Shown here piece by piece: positions 1 to 14,282 of a DNA stretch of 64,000 nucleotides. The stretch lies in NCBI RefSeq assembly GCF_009914755.1, contig NC_060940.1; one strand, written 5' to 3'. The position numbers and the translations under genes are program-made. This DNA is from the human T2T-CHM13v2.0 reference genome, Homo sapiens. The notes beneath the pieces were generated by a model. It saw only the letters and a list, made by a program, of their open reading frames with translations. It did not search any database and was not told where the DNA came from. Positions within the stretch are counted from its first letter, which is position 1. Each line of letters begins with the position of its first letter.

Positions 1-224
1 AAACCTTTGTTTCATTCATAGACAGATAGGTATCATAGGGAACAGGGTTGCAATTTAAAATATGGATCATGGTGACAAAAGCTTGAAAGCCACTGTTCTA
101 CACAAAACGGACAATGGCTGTATAACTAAGCAGGGGTGGACAGGGGGCTGGCGGGGAGCATGGTGCTCTGGGTACAACAAGGGGCATGGAGACTTGGTGC
201 ACAGGATCACGAAGCTCCCCTCAC

Positions 225-352
225 CTCCTCCTTCATGCCTGTCTCCAGAAGCAGCATGACACAGGCTTCAATGGGCAGCGCAATCTCGCGCCCGCTCCTC
301 TTCAGGTGTTCTTCTAGGGGAGTCCCAAAGGCTGGTTTTTCCGCCCACTTAT
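225..352 (-). CDS. ARHGAP17: ARHGAP17 coding exon 10 (D-KWAEKPAFGTPLEEHLKRSGREIALPIEACVMLLLETGMKEE), 128 nt; start of RhoGAP domain
   Basis: Acceptor tttgctgctctag|AT, donor GAG|GTGAGG. FGTPLEEHL is a typical RhoGAP start. Gene continues past position 1. Confidence 0.96.
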
Positions 353-3300
353 CTAGAGCAGCAAATTGTTCAGTTAGACACCCAACAAACTCACGGCATT
401 ACCAAGCTATTTTCTCCCCAACTACCCAATGGGCTTTTCTAGCCGACTGGTAGGTGAGGCTGTGCAAGAGGGGATACATCTGTTCTATTTGCTTTTGTTA
501 TTTGCCATCTACTGGAGCAGCAAACTATGGACCAGGCTGGGGCGGTTACTTGTGGAACAGAAGCCTGAGCGTACCTAGATGGCACCAACTCAGGCTGCCC
601 AGAAGCTGCAGTGGCACGCTGCACCTGCACCACACTTCATCAACACACGCCAGCGGGTTTAGTGGGCTGCCTTGAACCAAAAGGAAGATTTGCCAGAGCA
701 TACCGTTTCGTTGAAAAGAAATTTATTCTAGCCATGCAAAGCCTTCTAGCTAGAGGACAAGAAATAGATTCTTTGCTATGCAAAAATGGAAATGATCTCT
801 GAAAATTTCAAACACAAGTTAAGTATCTGTCATACAAGACTGGAGATGGCCAACGTGAACTCTCCACGTTGCAGTTACTCTCCATCAGATGCGACATCTC
901 CGCGGCATGCAGTGCTTCAGAACACCGCATCCCCAAACAGCTCCGAAAAATTCTGAGTGGAAAGAAATGCAGCATCTGCAGCCCTAAAGCAGCTGAAGGC
1001 TATGCTGATGGCAGGAAAGCCATATTTTAGATTATCTTCAGGTTATGAGGCAGCTTAGCACAAATACAATGAAGCAGTAAAATAGAAAGAAGAATTTAGA
1101 GAACGGACATATGAATTAGAATAAGAAGTATCTGGTTGAATTTGGCCTGCCTGTGCAAGCTGCAGAGATCTAGTGCTATCTGAGCAGCTCGCAGAAGCAA
1201 AGGAGGGCAAACCAGTTGTGAAAACTGCTCCAGGGAGAAACACTTAAATCTTTCCAACAACAGGAAGGGTTCATGTCCTTCTCTGCACCTTTACTGGCCA
1301 TTGGTCCCTTAGCAGCTCTGCTGTTAGAAAGCTGGGTTGGAAGAAGGCAGTATGTACTCTGGTGTGTCCTCTTACACTCTCTCCCATGTCACAGCAGGGG
1401 TAGATTTGCACATGGGGAAGGAAGAAAAATAAAATCCCACAAATCCATAGAACCGAGAGCTTGTGGAAAGGTAAAAATGGATGGAAAGAGCAAGAGGTAA
1501 AGACTGAAGAAAGGGGTGAGGGAAAGGAAGGTGGGGGACAAAAATGAGGTGCAGGCCACCAGCCACTCTCAGAATTGTGGGGAGCCCTCCTCGTCTCTGG
1601 CCCGGCCCCAGCTGGGGAATTTCCAATAGAAAACGCATCTGGGGGTCTGGACCTTCCCAGAGGTCAAATCTTACCTGAAATACTTTGTCCCTTTTATCTA
1701 AAGCAATAAGTTACAACACAGGCTGAAAATGGCCACATGAGCCTTCCACTAGGGGATGCCCTGGAATCACCCAGGGGGGTTCTGCAAATGACACCCGCCA
1801 TTGCCTTCACCACAAGCCCAACCCTGTAATGCTAAGGGGTGGGCATGCTTCAAACCTCTGCTGGAACTTTCTAGTAAACACTGGACAGAGTGTACCCCAC
1901 CCCCAAGCCTGGTATAATGTTGACAGAGGGTGCAAGTGAGAACCACTGACCTAGAAGCAAGTCATAAGGCAAATTCCACCTCAGGCACTGGCCTCTCAAA
2001 CAACAGACCTACTATGTGTCAGGTACTGCAGGAGGCATGTAAAGTTAACAGAGACTCCCTACCCTCAGGAAGAGGGCAATTGAATTGTGAAGGGAATATA
2101 AGACACACATGTAAACACAGAACAGTCAATAACAAGACAAGACATATTTGCTAAGTCATGGCAGATCGATGGTATAGACAAGGGTTGCAAATGCAATTGT
2201 CCAGAGGAGTCGGATAGGTAGCACAGGGGCACAAATCCTGCTGGGAGTGCACGATCTGCCGACAGGCGATAACCACTCCTCTGCACCAAACCAACACTGC
2301 CACGTGGGAAAGCAAAGCCAGTGTTGCCAGATGTTCTCAACTTTCAGGAGAAGCCAGAAATCACAATTGTTACATCAAACCATCTGGTTTTCACATGATG
2401 ACAACCAACTTTTAACAATTTTTAATGAGATATGGCTGTTTGCGACTTCTGGTGTAGACCATAAATGCTGGCACAATTCAAGAGGCAAAGTGTTTGCCAT
2501 TGGCTTCAGCTGTCGGAGAAGGCTTCTCAAAGGAAATGAGGTTGGAGGGGGTCTCATGAGACGGACAGAGATTAAACAGGCTGAAAAACGGACAAACACA
2601 TCTTTGTGAGGGGCAATCAGCTGAGAAAAGATCAGGAATTGTGAGTCTGGGAATTTACATCTTATCCCAAGTTCACGCCAAGGCCGTGAGAGCATGGAGC
2701 AGAGTGGGCCAGGGGAAGAGAGGATGACAGAGCCTAGGGCGAAATGGACAGAACCCAGGCACTGGATGGAAGAGAGGAAGGAGAAAAGGGTTCCAAGGTT
2801 AAGACCTGAATCACTTGGAGAAAGGTGATATAAGGGAGACAAGAAGGGAGAAAAGGGACAGTTGGAGTGGGAAGAGGACTGGTTTGCTTTTTGAGTTTAA
2901 GGTGAGTGCTGTTCATCAAAGGGAACCGATGCTTAGGAGGCTGCAAGGATTAAAATGCAGGTAAGAGGCAAAGCTGTCCAAGTAAGGGGATTTCTAGGGA
3001 AAAGGGGGCGAGGAAGTGAGGGTGGGAGAGAACAGAGGTGCAAGGACTGGACCTCAGAAAAGGCTGACTTCTGGGGTGGAGACAGAAATGAGCAATATAT
3101 AATCCTTCTTGAAGAAAAATTTTTAAAAAGAAATGGAGCAATGCAGAGTCCTTACAATGAAAGAAGACAGTCGAGTGGCGTGAGGAGACAAAAATGAATA
3201 AGGAAGGGACGGCCCATGCCGGGTCAAATGCCAGGATCTGACGGGTGGTTGCTGGTCCTTTGAAAACTGCAGTATGTTTTGCTCTTTTTTCCTAAACAGC

Positions 3301-5292
3301 AGAGGGATTGGGGGTAGACACAAGAGTGCAAAGGATTCAGGAGTAGGAAGGTGGTAAGAAAATGCAGGTGGCAGGCAGGAAGGGGTCATCTGAAGTACCC
3401 ACCAGAAAAAATGAAGGAGAACCAGATTAAACAGGACGCTGTGTTCAGGTCAGGAAGGTACCAGATTACCACCAACTGACCATGAATGTGACACCAGAGT
3501 CCACGGAGGTGAGGGGGCTGTGGGGGCAGGTCACACTTTTTTTATATAGTAAGGACAAGATAAGTCTTTCTGAAAACAGAGAAGACAGCAAGGAAAGAAA
3601 AGACAGAACTAAGATGAAAGGCAGGTACAAGGACAGGCAGAGGTGGGAGGGGTTGAATTGCAACTCGGTAAAGGGTGACCTCAGCAAGAAGGACAAATCG
3701 CACTTCCTCCACGGGCTGTTCCATCCTAACCTCTTTCCTGTCCCATCCCCGCTCTCCATGGCTTCCTGATGTATTTCTCTAGGGAAAATACCCTTGGGAA
3801 AAAAACAGAATGAGAGTTCTAGTCTAGCCTGGGCAACAGAGTGAGACTTTGTCTCTTTAAAACAAACAAACAAACAAAATGCGAAAAAAAATCCAATCTC
3901 TCGTTTTTCCTCTTGTTAATCAACTCTTTCAAATCAGACTCTCAGCCATTCAAAGGCTAAAATGATGATTTGTCTACTATTTTGTCCTATGCGGGGCCCA
4001 GCCCACAGCAGATATCTCATAAATATATTTTCTTGGTCCTCTGAACTTGCCCAGCAAGAGTCTGTCCCTAGAAAGGTGGGAACATTTTCCAGAGACCTCG
4101 TTCCTTTGCACTGTGACTCAACACCATCCTCCATGAACTAATAATCTTGATTATTTGGGAAGGCAAGGGCAATGGCTGAGAAAATCAGAAACACTGCCCC
4201 TGAGAATGCTGAAGATCTGACTATATGGTCAGGCAAGACATAAAATTTTATAATTCCATAATCCCAAAATTTTCAGGCACAAAGCCAGAACCTGTGAGGA
4301 TCTCCTGGAACTTAGGGGGAGAAGAAGTCGCATTCTTGAAGGTGCTGGTATGTATGCACATCCACAAAGCATCCCCCCCACAACACACACAGACACATGC
4401 TCGGTCTCAAAATCACAAAGTCATCCCACTCAGCACCTGGCCTGATCCCCTTTCAGCTCAAGACCAGTGGTTCTGCAGAGGAGCATAAGCTCCAAATGTC
4501 AGGTCTACACCACAGGTGAAATAGATCCAAAGACGGCCGAGCAATTTCTGACTCAACAGCTGTGCTCATCTCTGCTGGTAAATGCTCTAATGGTAAATCA
4601 GAGAGACACAGCATCGAAAGCTTTAGGGAGAGAAAAAAAAAAAAGCAGCTTTAGATGCCCAACTTAAAATTCAACATAAGGGGAAAGTTCAGTCTGCACC
4701 TAACTTGCAGATACAATCTGCAGTGTGCTTGAATATGATAGGAGAAATATTAATGGTGATAAGAACAAAAGCTTAGTATAAAGACAAAGGAGGAGTCTGA
4801 ACGAAGCGACCACGGTCTTAGGATTCAATCACACTTATTATTAAGTGTGACGTGCATGATGTGGCATCAAGTACTGGCTTCTCTTTTGGAAAGTCCAAAA
4901 TATTTTCCCTAGAATGGATGCTCTTGGAGTCACATGGCCAGAATTAAGTCCTGTGGAACAAATAACTGATGTGGAAAAGGATCATTCAATGCTGGACTTT
5001 TTCAAGCCTACAGAAGATGGGAAAACACACAGGTACTCCCCAAAGAGGCCAGCTTTCTCTTCAACTGAAGGTTTCAGAAGAACTACAAATGTTCCATTAG
5101 TGTGTTAATTTGGGTTTGGAAGAAATTAGAGAATGCAGCAAGGAAGATGAAATTATGCTGGGAAACAGTACCCTCCTAGGCAGAGAAGCTTTATCCCAAG
5201 GACGTGCATGCAGAGGAGTCAGGGTGAAGAAGAACCCAGGCAGAGGTGGCAGAGGCAAGAAGGAAGCATCAGCCGCACGCGGGTTACATTAC

Positions 5293-5374
5293 CTTGATGG
5301 GCTCGCATTTCGGGGAGGGTCTTTTCTAAGACTGCTAATGCTTTTCTATGGTAATCTGCTTGGGCTTCTAATAA
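5293..5374 (-). CDS. ARHGAP17: ARHGAP17 coding exon 9 (LLEAQADYHRKALAVLEKTLPEMRAHQ-D), 82 nt
   Basis: Acceptor tctgttctcag|TTA, donor AAG|GTAATG; BAR C-terminal motif AQADYH. Confidence 0.96.
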
Positions 5375-5532
5375 CTGAGAACAGACCCACATTCAAAAAC
5401 AAAAGTAACGTTAGCATCGGATGGACACACACACAATGGCTGAGCAAAACTAAAAATGAAATCTTTTGCAAAAAAGCTAAAATGACTCCATTTTAACAAT
5501 GCTTTAACATTTTCTCAAGGGAAGGTGCTTAC

Positions 5533-5601
5533 CGTAACAAAGAATTTGCCATACTCCCCTTCTTTGGCCATAAAGTTGTACATGTCTGCTGCAAGTTGAT
5601 C
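5533..5601 (-). CDS. ARHGAP17: ARHGAP17 coding exon 8 (DQLAADMYNFMAKEGEYGKFFVT), 69 nt
   Basis: Acceptor tcttccatttacccag|GAT, donor ACG|GTAAGC. Confidence 0.96.
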
Positions 5602-5884
5602 CTGGGTAAATGGAAGATAAGAGGTTATTGAAGAAAAAAGAAGTGAAACAAAATGGCATCTGAGAACAATCTCTGTGAGCTCTTAGATGAAAAAGTGATG
5701 GAAAGCACCACAGATTAAATGTCCATCAACTGCCTGGTACAACCATACAGAAAGAATAAGGAGGCTTCTTACATGACTGACAAAGAAAGATCTCCAAGAT
5801 ATATTTTAACACATCTGTTTAAGAAGCAAAGTACAGAGCATTACTTATGGTGTATTAACATCTGGGTTAAAAAAGGGGTGGAAT

Positions 5885-6174
5885 GGCCGGGCACGATGGC
5901 TCATGCCTGTAATCCCAGCACTTTGGGAGGCTGAGATGGGCAGATTACCTGAGGTCAGGAGTTTGAGACCAGCCTGGCCAACATGGTGAAACCCCGTCTC
6001 TACTAAAAATACAAAAATTAGCCAGGCGTGGGGGCGGGCAGCTGTAATCCTAGCTACTCGGGAGGCTGAGGCAGGAGAATTGCTTGAGCCTGGGAGGTGG
6101 TGGTTGCAGTGAGCTGAGATCGTGTGCCACTGCACTCCAGCCTGGCCGATAGAGTGAGACTCTGTCTAAAAAAA
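5885..6174 (+). mobile_element. Alu (AluS-type)
   Basis: Full dimeric Alu consensus. Confidence 0.95.
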
Positions 6175-6813
<639 letters not shown>

Positions 6814-7004
6814 TAAAAATATGTCTTGACAAAAAAACAAGAAATTAGTACAGTTATTACCTATTGGGAGCAATGGAAATTAGGCAGGAGGAGGATAATG
6901 GTAGAAGAAAGACTTCACGGTACACTGTTTTACACTTTTTCATATCTGACCTAATGTAAATGAATTACATATATAAAAATTAAATAATTTTGTGAACAGT
7001 GACA

Positions 7005-7138
7005 GGCTGAGTGTGGTGGCTCACACCTACAATCCCAGCACTTTGGGAGGCTGAGGTGGGAGGATTGCTTGGAGCCAGGAATTTGAGAACAGCCTGGACA
7101 ACAGAGCAAGATCTAGTCTCTAAGTAAAAAAAAAAAAA

Positions 7139-7140
<2 letters not shown>
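7005..7140 (+). mobile_element. FLAM/Alu left monomer
   Basis: Monomer with A15 tail. Confidence 0.85.
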
Positions 7141-7169
<29 letters not shown>

Positions 7170-7455
7170 ATGGAGTCTTGCTTGCTCTGTAGCCCAGGCT
7201 GGAGTCTGGTGGCGCAATCTTGGCCCACCGCAACCTCCATCTCCGGGGTTCAAGCGATTCTCCTGCCTCAGCCTCCTGAGTAGCTGGGACTACAGGTGCA
7301 TACCACCATACTCAGCTAATATTTTTCTGTTTTTTAGTAGAGATGGAGTTTCATCATGTTGGTCAGCCTGGTTTTGAACTCCTGACCTCAAGTGATCCTC
7401 CCATCTCAGCCTCACAAAGTGCTAGGATTACAGATGTGAGCCACTGCACCTGGCC
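7141..7455 (-). mobile_element. Alu inserted in the tail of the monomer
   Basis: T26 followed by antisense Alu. Confidence 0.93.
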
Positions 7456-8229
7456 AAAAAGAAATTTTAAGTGACAGATTAGGCAATTAGGTACGTATTT
7501 CCAATCTTCAAATATAAATATACATAGGAATTTTATATATATATATATATATGAAAACTTATATGCCGGAAAATATATATGTAGAGAGAGTTTGTTTTTT
7601 TTTTAATGTAATGACTTCTGTTTTTGGCATCAAGGTACACAAATTAATGTGAAGGGCCTCCCATTTATGACAAAAACTTGGAAATGCTAGTTAGAAGTAA
7701 TGAACATCCTTTTATAATAACTGGGAAAGCAATAAAGTAAATTCCTTGATTCCCCTCAACCCCACCATACACACACACACACAAAGAGAGAAAGAAGAAA
7801 AAGAAGCAGAAAGAAAGAAAAAGTCGGAATGCTAAGCATCAATGGAAGCTGGAGATGACCTGGGGCAGATTTGTGCCAGTCTTGGTGACCAAGGTGTCTG
7901 AAGCCTTGGGGACTAGTAAGGAGAAACAAGTACACATATATCATGCATAAAGATAAGATTCCTGAAGAACTGTACTCTCAACGAAACAACAGATTAGAAC
8001 AAATGCACTTAGCATCACATGGAAATCATGGGGAAGTATGTCTGTTTTGGAATGGGCTTTAGGTCTGAGAAACATTGGCCAAGAGATTTCACAAAACATA
8101 GGCCTGCTTTCAGGAGGGTTTAAAGTTTAAATTTACTGACATGTGGTCCCAGAAACCCCAAACTGATTTAAGTTTAATTAAAAATGGACCTGGACTGGTA
8201 ATACTCTCTGGGAAGTCTCATTCCCAATC

Positions 8230-8600
8230 CCTGATAGTCCCACAGATAAAGCCCCTCTTAAAATGAGTTCAAATAATTACAAAACACATGAGGAAATAAT
8301 CCACCACAAGCAGACACCTACCACTCTCACAGAGAATTTCAGAAAACAGAATTAACAGAGATTATTAAATAAGTATGTTTAAAATGACTTAAAAGAAAGA
8401 AACACTAGAAAAGAATAATGTAGTATCAAAAAGATTTGAATAACTAGAACTTCAGAAATGGAAAATATAGTCAATGAAATTAAAAACTCAGTGTTATTTG
8501 AGTAGCAGATCAAACATAGCTAAAGAGAGAATCAGTGAAACAGAACATAGATCTGAGGAAATTACCCACAAGGTATGCATAGAGAGAGAAGGAGGCAGAA
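8230..8600 (+). mobile_element. Ancient L1 (L1M) ORF1-region remnant
   Basis: Translates SSRSNIAKERISETEHRSEEIT, resembling the L1 ORF1p coiled-coil motif; A-rich; stops. Confidence 0.6.
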
Positions 8601-9818
8601 AATATTTTCTTAAGTTTTTACCACTTGAAATACTGACAAGTGTGGAAGTTGAGAGAACAGACATCAGCCCATGATGACTTCCTAAACCTCTACCCAAATT
8701 TGTGTGCAATAAGTAGGCAATAGCCAAGATCTAGGTTAGACCAGATATTAAGAAGACTGCTGGGTAAATGACACTGACAAAGCTACAACTCTTCAGACCA
8801 CAAATAAGCCAATGTGACATTATTTTAGTAGAAGCATTTATCTGAATATCATCTTTTAAACATAAAAACTTTTTAAAACAAAGGCATAACTTTGTGAGTT
8901 TAGTTTTAATTTCTACCCACTATATTATTTTTATATTTTTCTTATATTTCTACCCACTATATTATTTTAAACAAGTCATTTAATTGCAGTTAACTGATCA
9001 AGGTTTGCTATTTTGAAAAGCAAAGTATGTCATGACCTAAATGAACTAAAATATAACAGTCTTAATATTAGCAGGAAATAAAAAAACAATTTTTTTAAAA
9101 CAATGAAAAATAAGAGCAGGAAAAGTCTAAGTCAATCCAGACTTAAGACTCTAGATTGTCAAGACTCCCCGAAGACCTATTCCTTTACCATTTCAAATAA
9201 TTTCACCTCAAATAACATTCAGAATGAACATCTATCTACACAGGTGGATGCAGAGAGAATGAGATCACTTGACCATCTAATTAATCTGTAATTTATGAGA
9301 TAAAAAGCTCTATTTCTCCCAAATTACAAACCAATTGTTCAAGCAACATTTTAAAAGTAATCCTTATCTTCTCCAAGGACATATGAGCCATTTACTGTAT
9401 ATTAAATTTTACATTATAGCATTCATTCCAGAAAACCTATACTATTTCACTGATCTATTTTAATGCTTCTTATACAGTTTTACTTCTTTTTTCTTACTTT
9501 TGTATTTCTTATGCATTTTTAATCGCTGTAATTTTATTATATGTTTTGCTATGGTTTTCTTTCCTTTTTTCTGACTTCATCTTTAAATAAGCTTAGACAT
9601 CTTGTCAAGTTTTTAAAAATATCCTATTTGAAATTTAAAATGTTTTATTCTGATCATAAAATAATATAGTCTTAGAGAAGAAGAAAATAAAACCTACCTT
9701 TAAAATCATTCAAAATATTCTGATAGAAATTATTTAAAACATTAAGTAACTTACATTTGAACTTTCATCCCTCATTTGCAAAAACCGAAAAGATACATTT
9801 ATCAAGGAATTCTCATAC

Positions 9819-9930
9819 CTTGCACTGTTCTACTTTATTTCCAGCTTCATCCATCTCTTCCTTTAGAGTATCTATTTTTGATGGAAGCCCCTGAAAGTTG
9901 GTTCCTGAGGATTTGTGAGCTTGGTTCCAC
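9819..9930 (-). CDS. ARHGAP17: ARHGAP17 coding exon 7 (R-WNQAHKSSGTNFQGLPSKIDTLKEEMDEAGNKVEQCK), 112 nt
   Basis: Acceptor ctttgttttgcag|G, donor AAG|GTATGA; frame continuous. Confidence 0.96.
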
Positions 9931-10448
9931 CTGCAAAACAAAGGGGTCACCAGCATCTGAGAACCAGCTGTGTATACTCAACAGCTGGAGGCAGGACCTG
10001 GTGGAGATAGATCCTTCCCCACAATTGATTCTACCTGGAAGGGGTATCATTGCCCAGGATGCCAAATTCTCTTGAGCTTATTCTCTAAGAATGGAAGCAG
10101 GCAAAAGGAGACTTTAGCTTCTCACCATGACAGGACTCTCATAGTGCTAGGAGTAGTGGTCTGCTTTGAGCATAACCAACCACATCTTGTCTCACACAAA
10201 CTCTACTACTGGAGAGAAATCCATGGAACCCCTTTCTTGTGGTGGCCAACCATGGAATCCCTGCCACCGGAGGAGAGCAAGGTGCTCTCCTTGCTCTCTT
10301 GCTTTGAGCTGAAATGTTCCCTGTGCCACTGGGAATCAGCTCCTGCTTTTGAGAACTCCTTGTGGCTCTTTCCACTACCATACTACCATCTGTGACCTGG
10401 GATTACTTTCAGAAAGTAAAAGCCAGAACTTCAATAGTGTAGCTATGA

Positions 10449-10588
10449 GGCTGGGTGCGGTGGCTCACGCCTGTAATCCCAACACTTTGGGAGGCTAAGG
10501 TGGGAGGATCACTTGAGCTAGCAGTTTGAGACCAGCCTGGACAACACAACAAGACTCCATGTCTACAAACAACAATAACAATAATAAT
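10449..10588 (+). mobile_element. FLAM/Alu left monomer
   Basis: Monomer; TSD-like tagctatga. Confidence 0.85.
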
Positions 10589-10810
10589 GTAGGTATCAAT
10601 CAATAGCTATGAAAGCACTAAAAAGAAAAAAAAAGAAACTATAGTAATAATAGGGGAAAAGTGGGAAATAATCATAGAAAACAATTTGTTTTGATTTTCA
10701 AATGTGCTTTGACCTTCTGTTTGAAAATGGGTATGTCTGGTGTTGTGGAAAACTCTATCACTTTAAATGTAAACATAGATGTTATAAAATGCAGCAAGAA
10801 AACCCACGTT

Positions 10811-11132
<322 letters not shown>

Positions 11133-11836
11133 CTACTTACTAAACTTTCTAGACTGCTGCAGTGCCCCAAAATGCTATGTTCTGCCCACTTTGTGTTCCT
11201 GACGTGACACACTCCTCCACCAAAAGGCTTCAGCAAGTCAGCCAAAGCTAAACTGGAGATGCTATATTGTGAAAGGAGCATAGATTTCAGAGTCTGACAT
11301 GTTCAAGTTTGGAGCTCAGCTTTATCTTAACTAGTTATGTGACCTAGTTAGTGACTTAGCCTCTATGCATCTCAGTTGCCTCATCTACAAAACTATCACA
11401 AACACTGTCTGCCTTGTGGAACTGTCATAAGGAGGAAAAGCGAGAAAAATATGTGTGCATGTGCACAGCATATGATGTCTGGCATATAATGGATTCCTAC
11501 TTATTACCATTTTTTTCTCCAGGGAAAAGCAAGAAGAATGAGAAAAAGTGGAAATATTCAATTGTTTCAGCTTCTCCAACACCTATTGTGATTAAGTGAA
11601 CAAGACCATGAATGCAAGATCAAGAATCAGTATTAAAATCACCTATGAGATACATGCACTCAAGATGCAAAACTCCTGTCAGATAAACATCTATAATAAT
11701 GCTCAACCAACTCTAGTGAGGGAGCATTTGCTGCCTTGTTTAATTAATCATTAGAATATTTTTCCTTCTCTTGAGCAAAGATGTATCGCAGGGTGGCCTG
11801 CACTCTCAGCTACACAGGATTCCAATCACACGTACA

Positions 11837-12390
11837 GGCCAGGTGTGATGACTCACACCTGTAATCCCAACACTGTGGGAGGTCAAGAAGAGACATTTAC
11901 TTGCGGCCAGGAGTTTGAGACCAGCCTGGGCAACATACCGAGACCAGGTCTCTACTAAAAATAAAAAGCTGGGGCTGGTTGCAGTGGCTCACGCCTGTAA
12001 TCCTAGCACTTTGGGAGGCTAAGGCAGGGAAATCACCTGAGATCAGGAGTTTGAGACCAGCCTGGCCAATGTGGTGAAACCCCATCTCTACTAAAAATAC
12101 AAAAATTAGCCAGGTGTGGTGGCACATGCTTGTAATCCCAACTATTAAGGAGGCTGAGACAGGAGTATCGCTTGAACCCAGCACCTTGGTTGCAGTGAGC
12201 CAAGATTGTGCCACTGTACTCCAGCCTGGTTGACAGAGAGAGACTCCATCTTAAAAAAAAAAAAAATAGTAGCTGGGTGTGGTGGTGTGCAGCTACTCGA
12301 GAGGCTGAGGCAGGAGGATCCCTTGAGCCCAGGAGTTTGAGGTTGCAGTGAGCTATGATCACACCGCTGCACTCCAGCCCAGGTGACAGG
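11837..12390 (+). mobile_element. AluJ-like element with an AluS (11973-12266) nested between its arms
   Basis: Left arm, full inner Alu, then right arm; duplicated agctggg junction. Confidence 0.88.
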
Positions 12391-12871
12391 GAACATCACA
12401 TGTACACATGACCAGGAGACTGTGGACTTTGCTGTCAGAATCCTAACACTGCAATGTATGCTCCTGAAGGCACAAAGCAAGTCATATAGATAACAAATGC
12501 AGGTCCCTCCCTTATCTGTAAAACAAGTCTCCTCTCAAAAGTAGGGAATGTTACACTAACCTCTACCCTGTTCCCTCCAAGTCACATGGAAAGGCCTATG
12601 CATTTAGAGTCTAGCACAAAGTCTGGTGCACACTGAGCACCTAATTGATATCAGTTGAAAACACAGATGAACAAATGAACAGGGATTGCTGGGAGAATCA
12701 AATGGGCTGACATAAAATGAAAGTAGCTCGATCTCTGGCATGTGGCAAGAGGTAAGTTACTTGATAATTGCACTAGCAGAGTCTTCACCATGTGTGAATT
12801 CCTAAATATACCTTTTCTCATCTCAACATTTCTTAAATCAGGACTCATCTTCACAACTGATTTGTACACAT

Positions 12872-13042
12872 TGTAAATAAAGTTTTATTGGAACACAGCC
12901 ATGCTCATTCATGTATGCATTGCCTACAGCTGCCTTTATGCTACAACAGCAGAGTTAAGCAGTTACAACAGGGAGCAACTGGGTTGCAGCACCAGAAAGA
13001 TTTACTATCCAGCCCTTTACAGAAGAGGTTTGTCAACCCTTG
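12872..13042. mobile_element. MER58-family fragment
   Basis: gtaaataaagttttattggaacacagcc...gaggtttgtcaaccctt. Confidence 0.7.
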
Positions 13043-13151
13043 TGATAAAGCAGGAAACAGGACTGAGGCTGGTGGTGCCTGTTTCCCTATTCCCAACTGT
13101 CACATGCCTGAGAAGAAAGCCATGTAAGTCACTGATAGAAACTCCACTGAG

Positions 13152-13438
13152 GGCCAGGTACCACGGCTCATGGCTGTAATCCCAGCGCTTTGGGAGGCCA
13201 AGGTGGGAGGATCACTTGAGGCCAGAAGTTCAAGACCAGCCTGGGCAACACAGCTAGACACCATCTCCAAGCTGTGGCATGTGCCTGTAGTCCCAGCTAC
13301 CTGGGATGCCGAGGCAGAAGGATCACTTGAGCCTGGGAGTCTGAGGCTGCAGTAAGCTATGATCGCACCAGCCTGGTACAGCAGAGCAAGACCTTGACTC
13401 AAAAAAAAAAAAAAAAAAAGAAAAGGAAAGAAAAAAAA
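13152..13438 (+). mobile_element. Alu (AluJ-like)
   Basis: Alu consensus with A tail. Confidence 0.9.
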
Positions 13439-13972
13439 GCCAAAAAACTCCATCAAGGACAAAGCAGAGGCAGCAGTCCTGCTCTGAATCCTGACAGACT
13501 CCTTCGCTGGCATCAGTCCCCACATCAGCAGCGCTGATTTGGCTACATAGGTTTACATGAGTTCCTGCCATGTGAGTGCCTCCTTCCTTGGTACTGAAGG
13601 TATTACAAGTACACAGGGTTTGTGACATGGCAGGACCCTCATGAGCTGTTAGGGCCACAGATGTGTTTATTCCTACACTCTGAGTTGTGCTCTCAAAACT
13701 GCCACCATCCCCTCTTCCGTTAAATATACTCACTTCATTTTCCTTAGATTATTTCCTTTCACTGCTGGCTCACTAAGAACAGGATGTTCTAACAACATCC
13801 CCACTGCCACGCTTGGGAGAACAAGGCCTATAGGAGGTGCTGGCAGGCTGGCACCCAGTCTGGGGGTCAAATGCACGAATTGGTGAGCACTTCCATTGTG
13901 TCCACTGTCAGTGGTCTTCTCCCCCGTGGTGGGAATGGGACACAATGCTGCATTGCTGGCTCAAGCTGTTAC

Positions 13973-14049
13973 CTGGCTCTGACTGAATCCCAGTCTAACA
14001 CCAATCTTGCAAGCTGCTTCCTCTGCTTCTGGATGTTGGGAATCTCCAC
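13973..14049 (-). CDS. ARHGAP17: ARHGAP17 coding exon 6 (VEIPNIQKQRKQLARLVLDWDSVRA-R), 77 nt
   Basis: Acceptor ttcttatttttag|GTG, donor AG|GTAACA; BAR motif RKQLARLVLDWDS. Confidence 0.96.
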
Positions 14050-14282
14050 CTAAAAATAAGAACATACCAAATGGGATGCACTTCAGGGCTTTTAGGTTAA
14101 CCATTTTAAAGTATTTACAAACGTTTTTTCTCTAAGGCAAAGGATTTTGTACCTTCAATTGACTCCCCTTATTTCCAAAAAGAAGTGTATGTTAAAGCCA
14201 GCAACTACTGTTAAAATTTTAACACTCACTGTCCAGCCCACACCACTCTCGGCTCTTCCGTGCTGCACGGTGAAGCACCCAC

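Noticed and set aside
1668-1685. TTTCAG|GTAAGA as a recursive splice site
   Set aside because: The sequence just upstream is purine-rich and the intron is only ~5 kb; a micro-exon reading fits better and is reported as a finding
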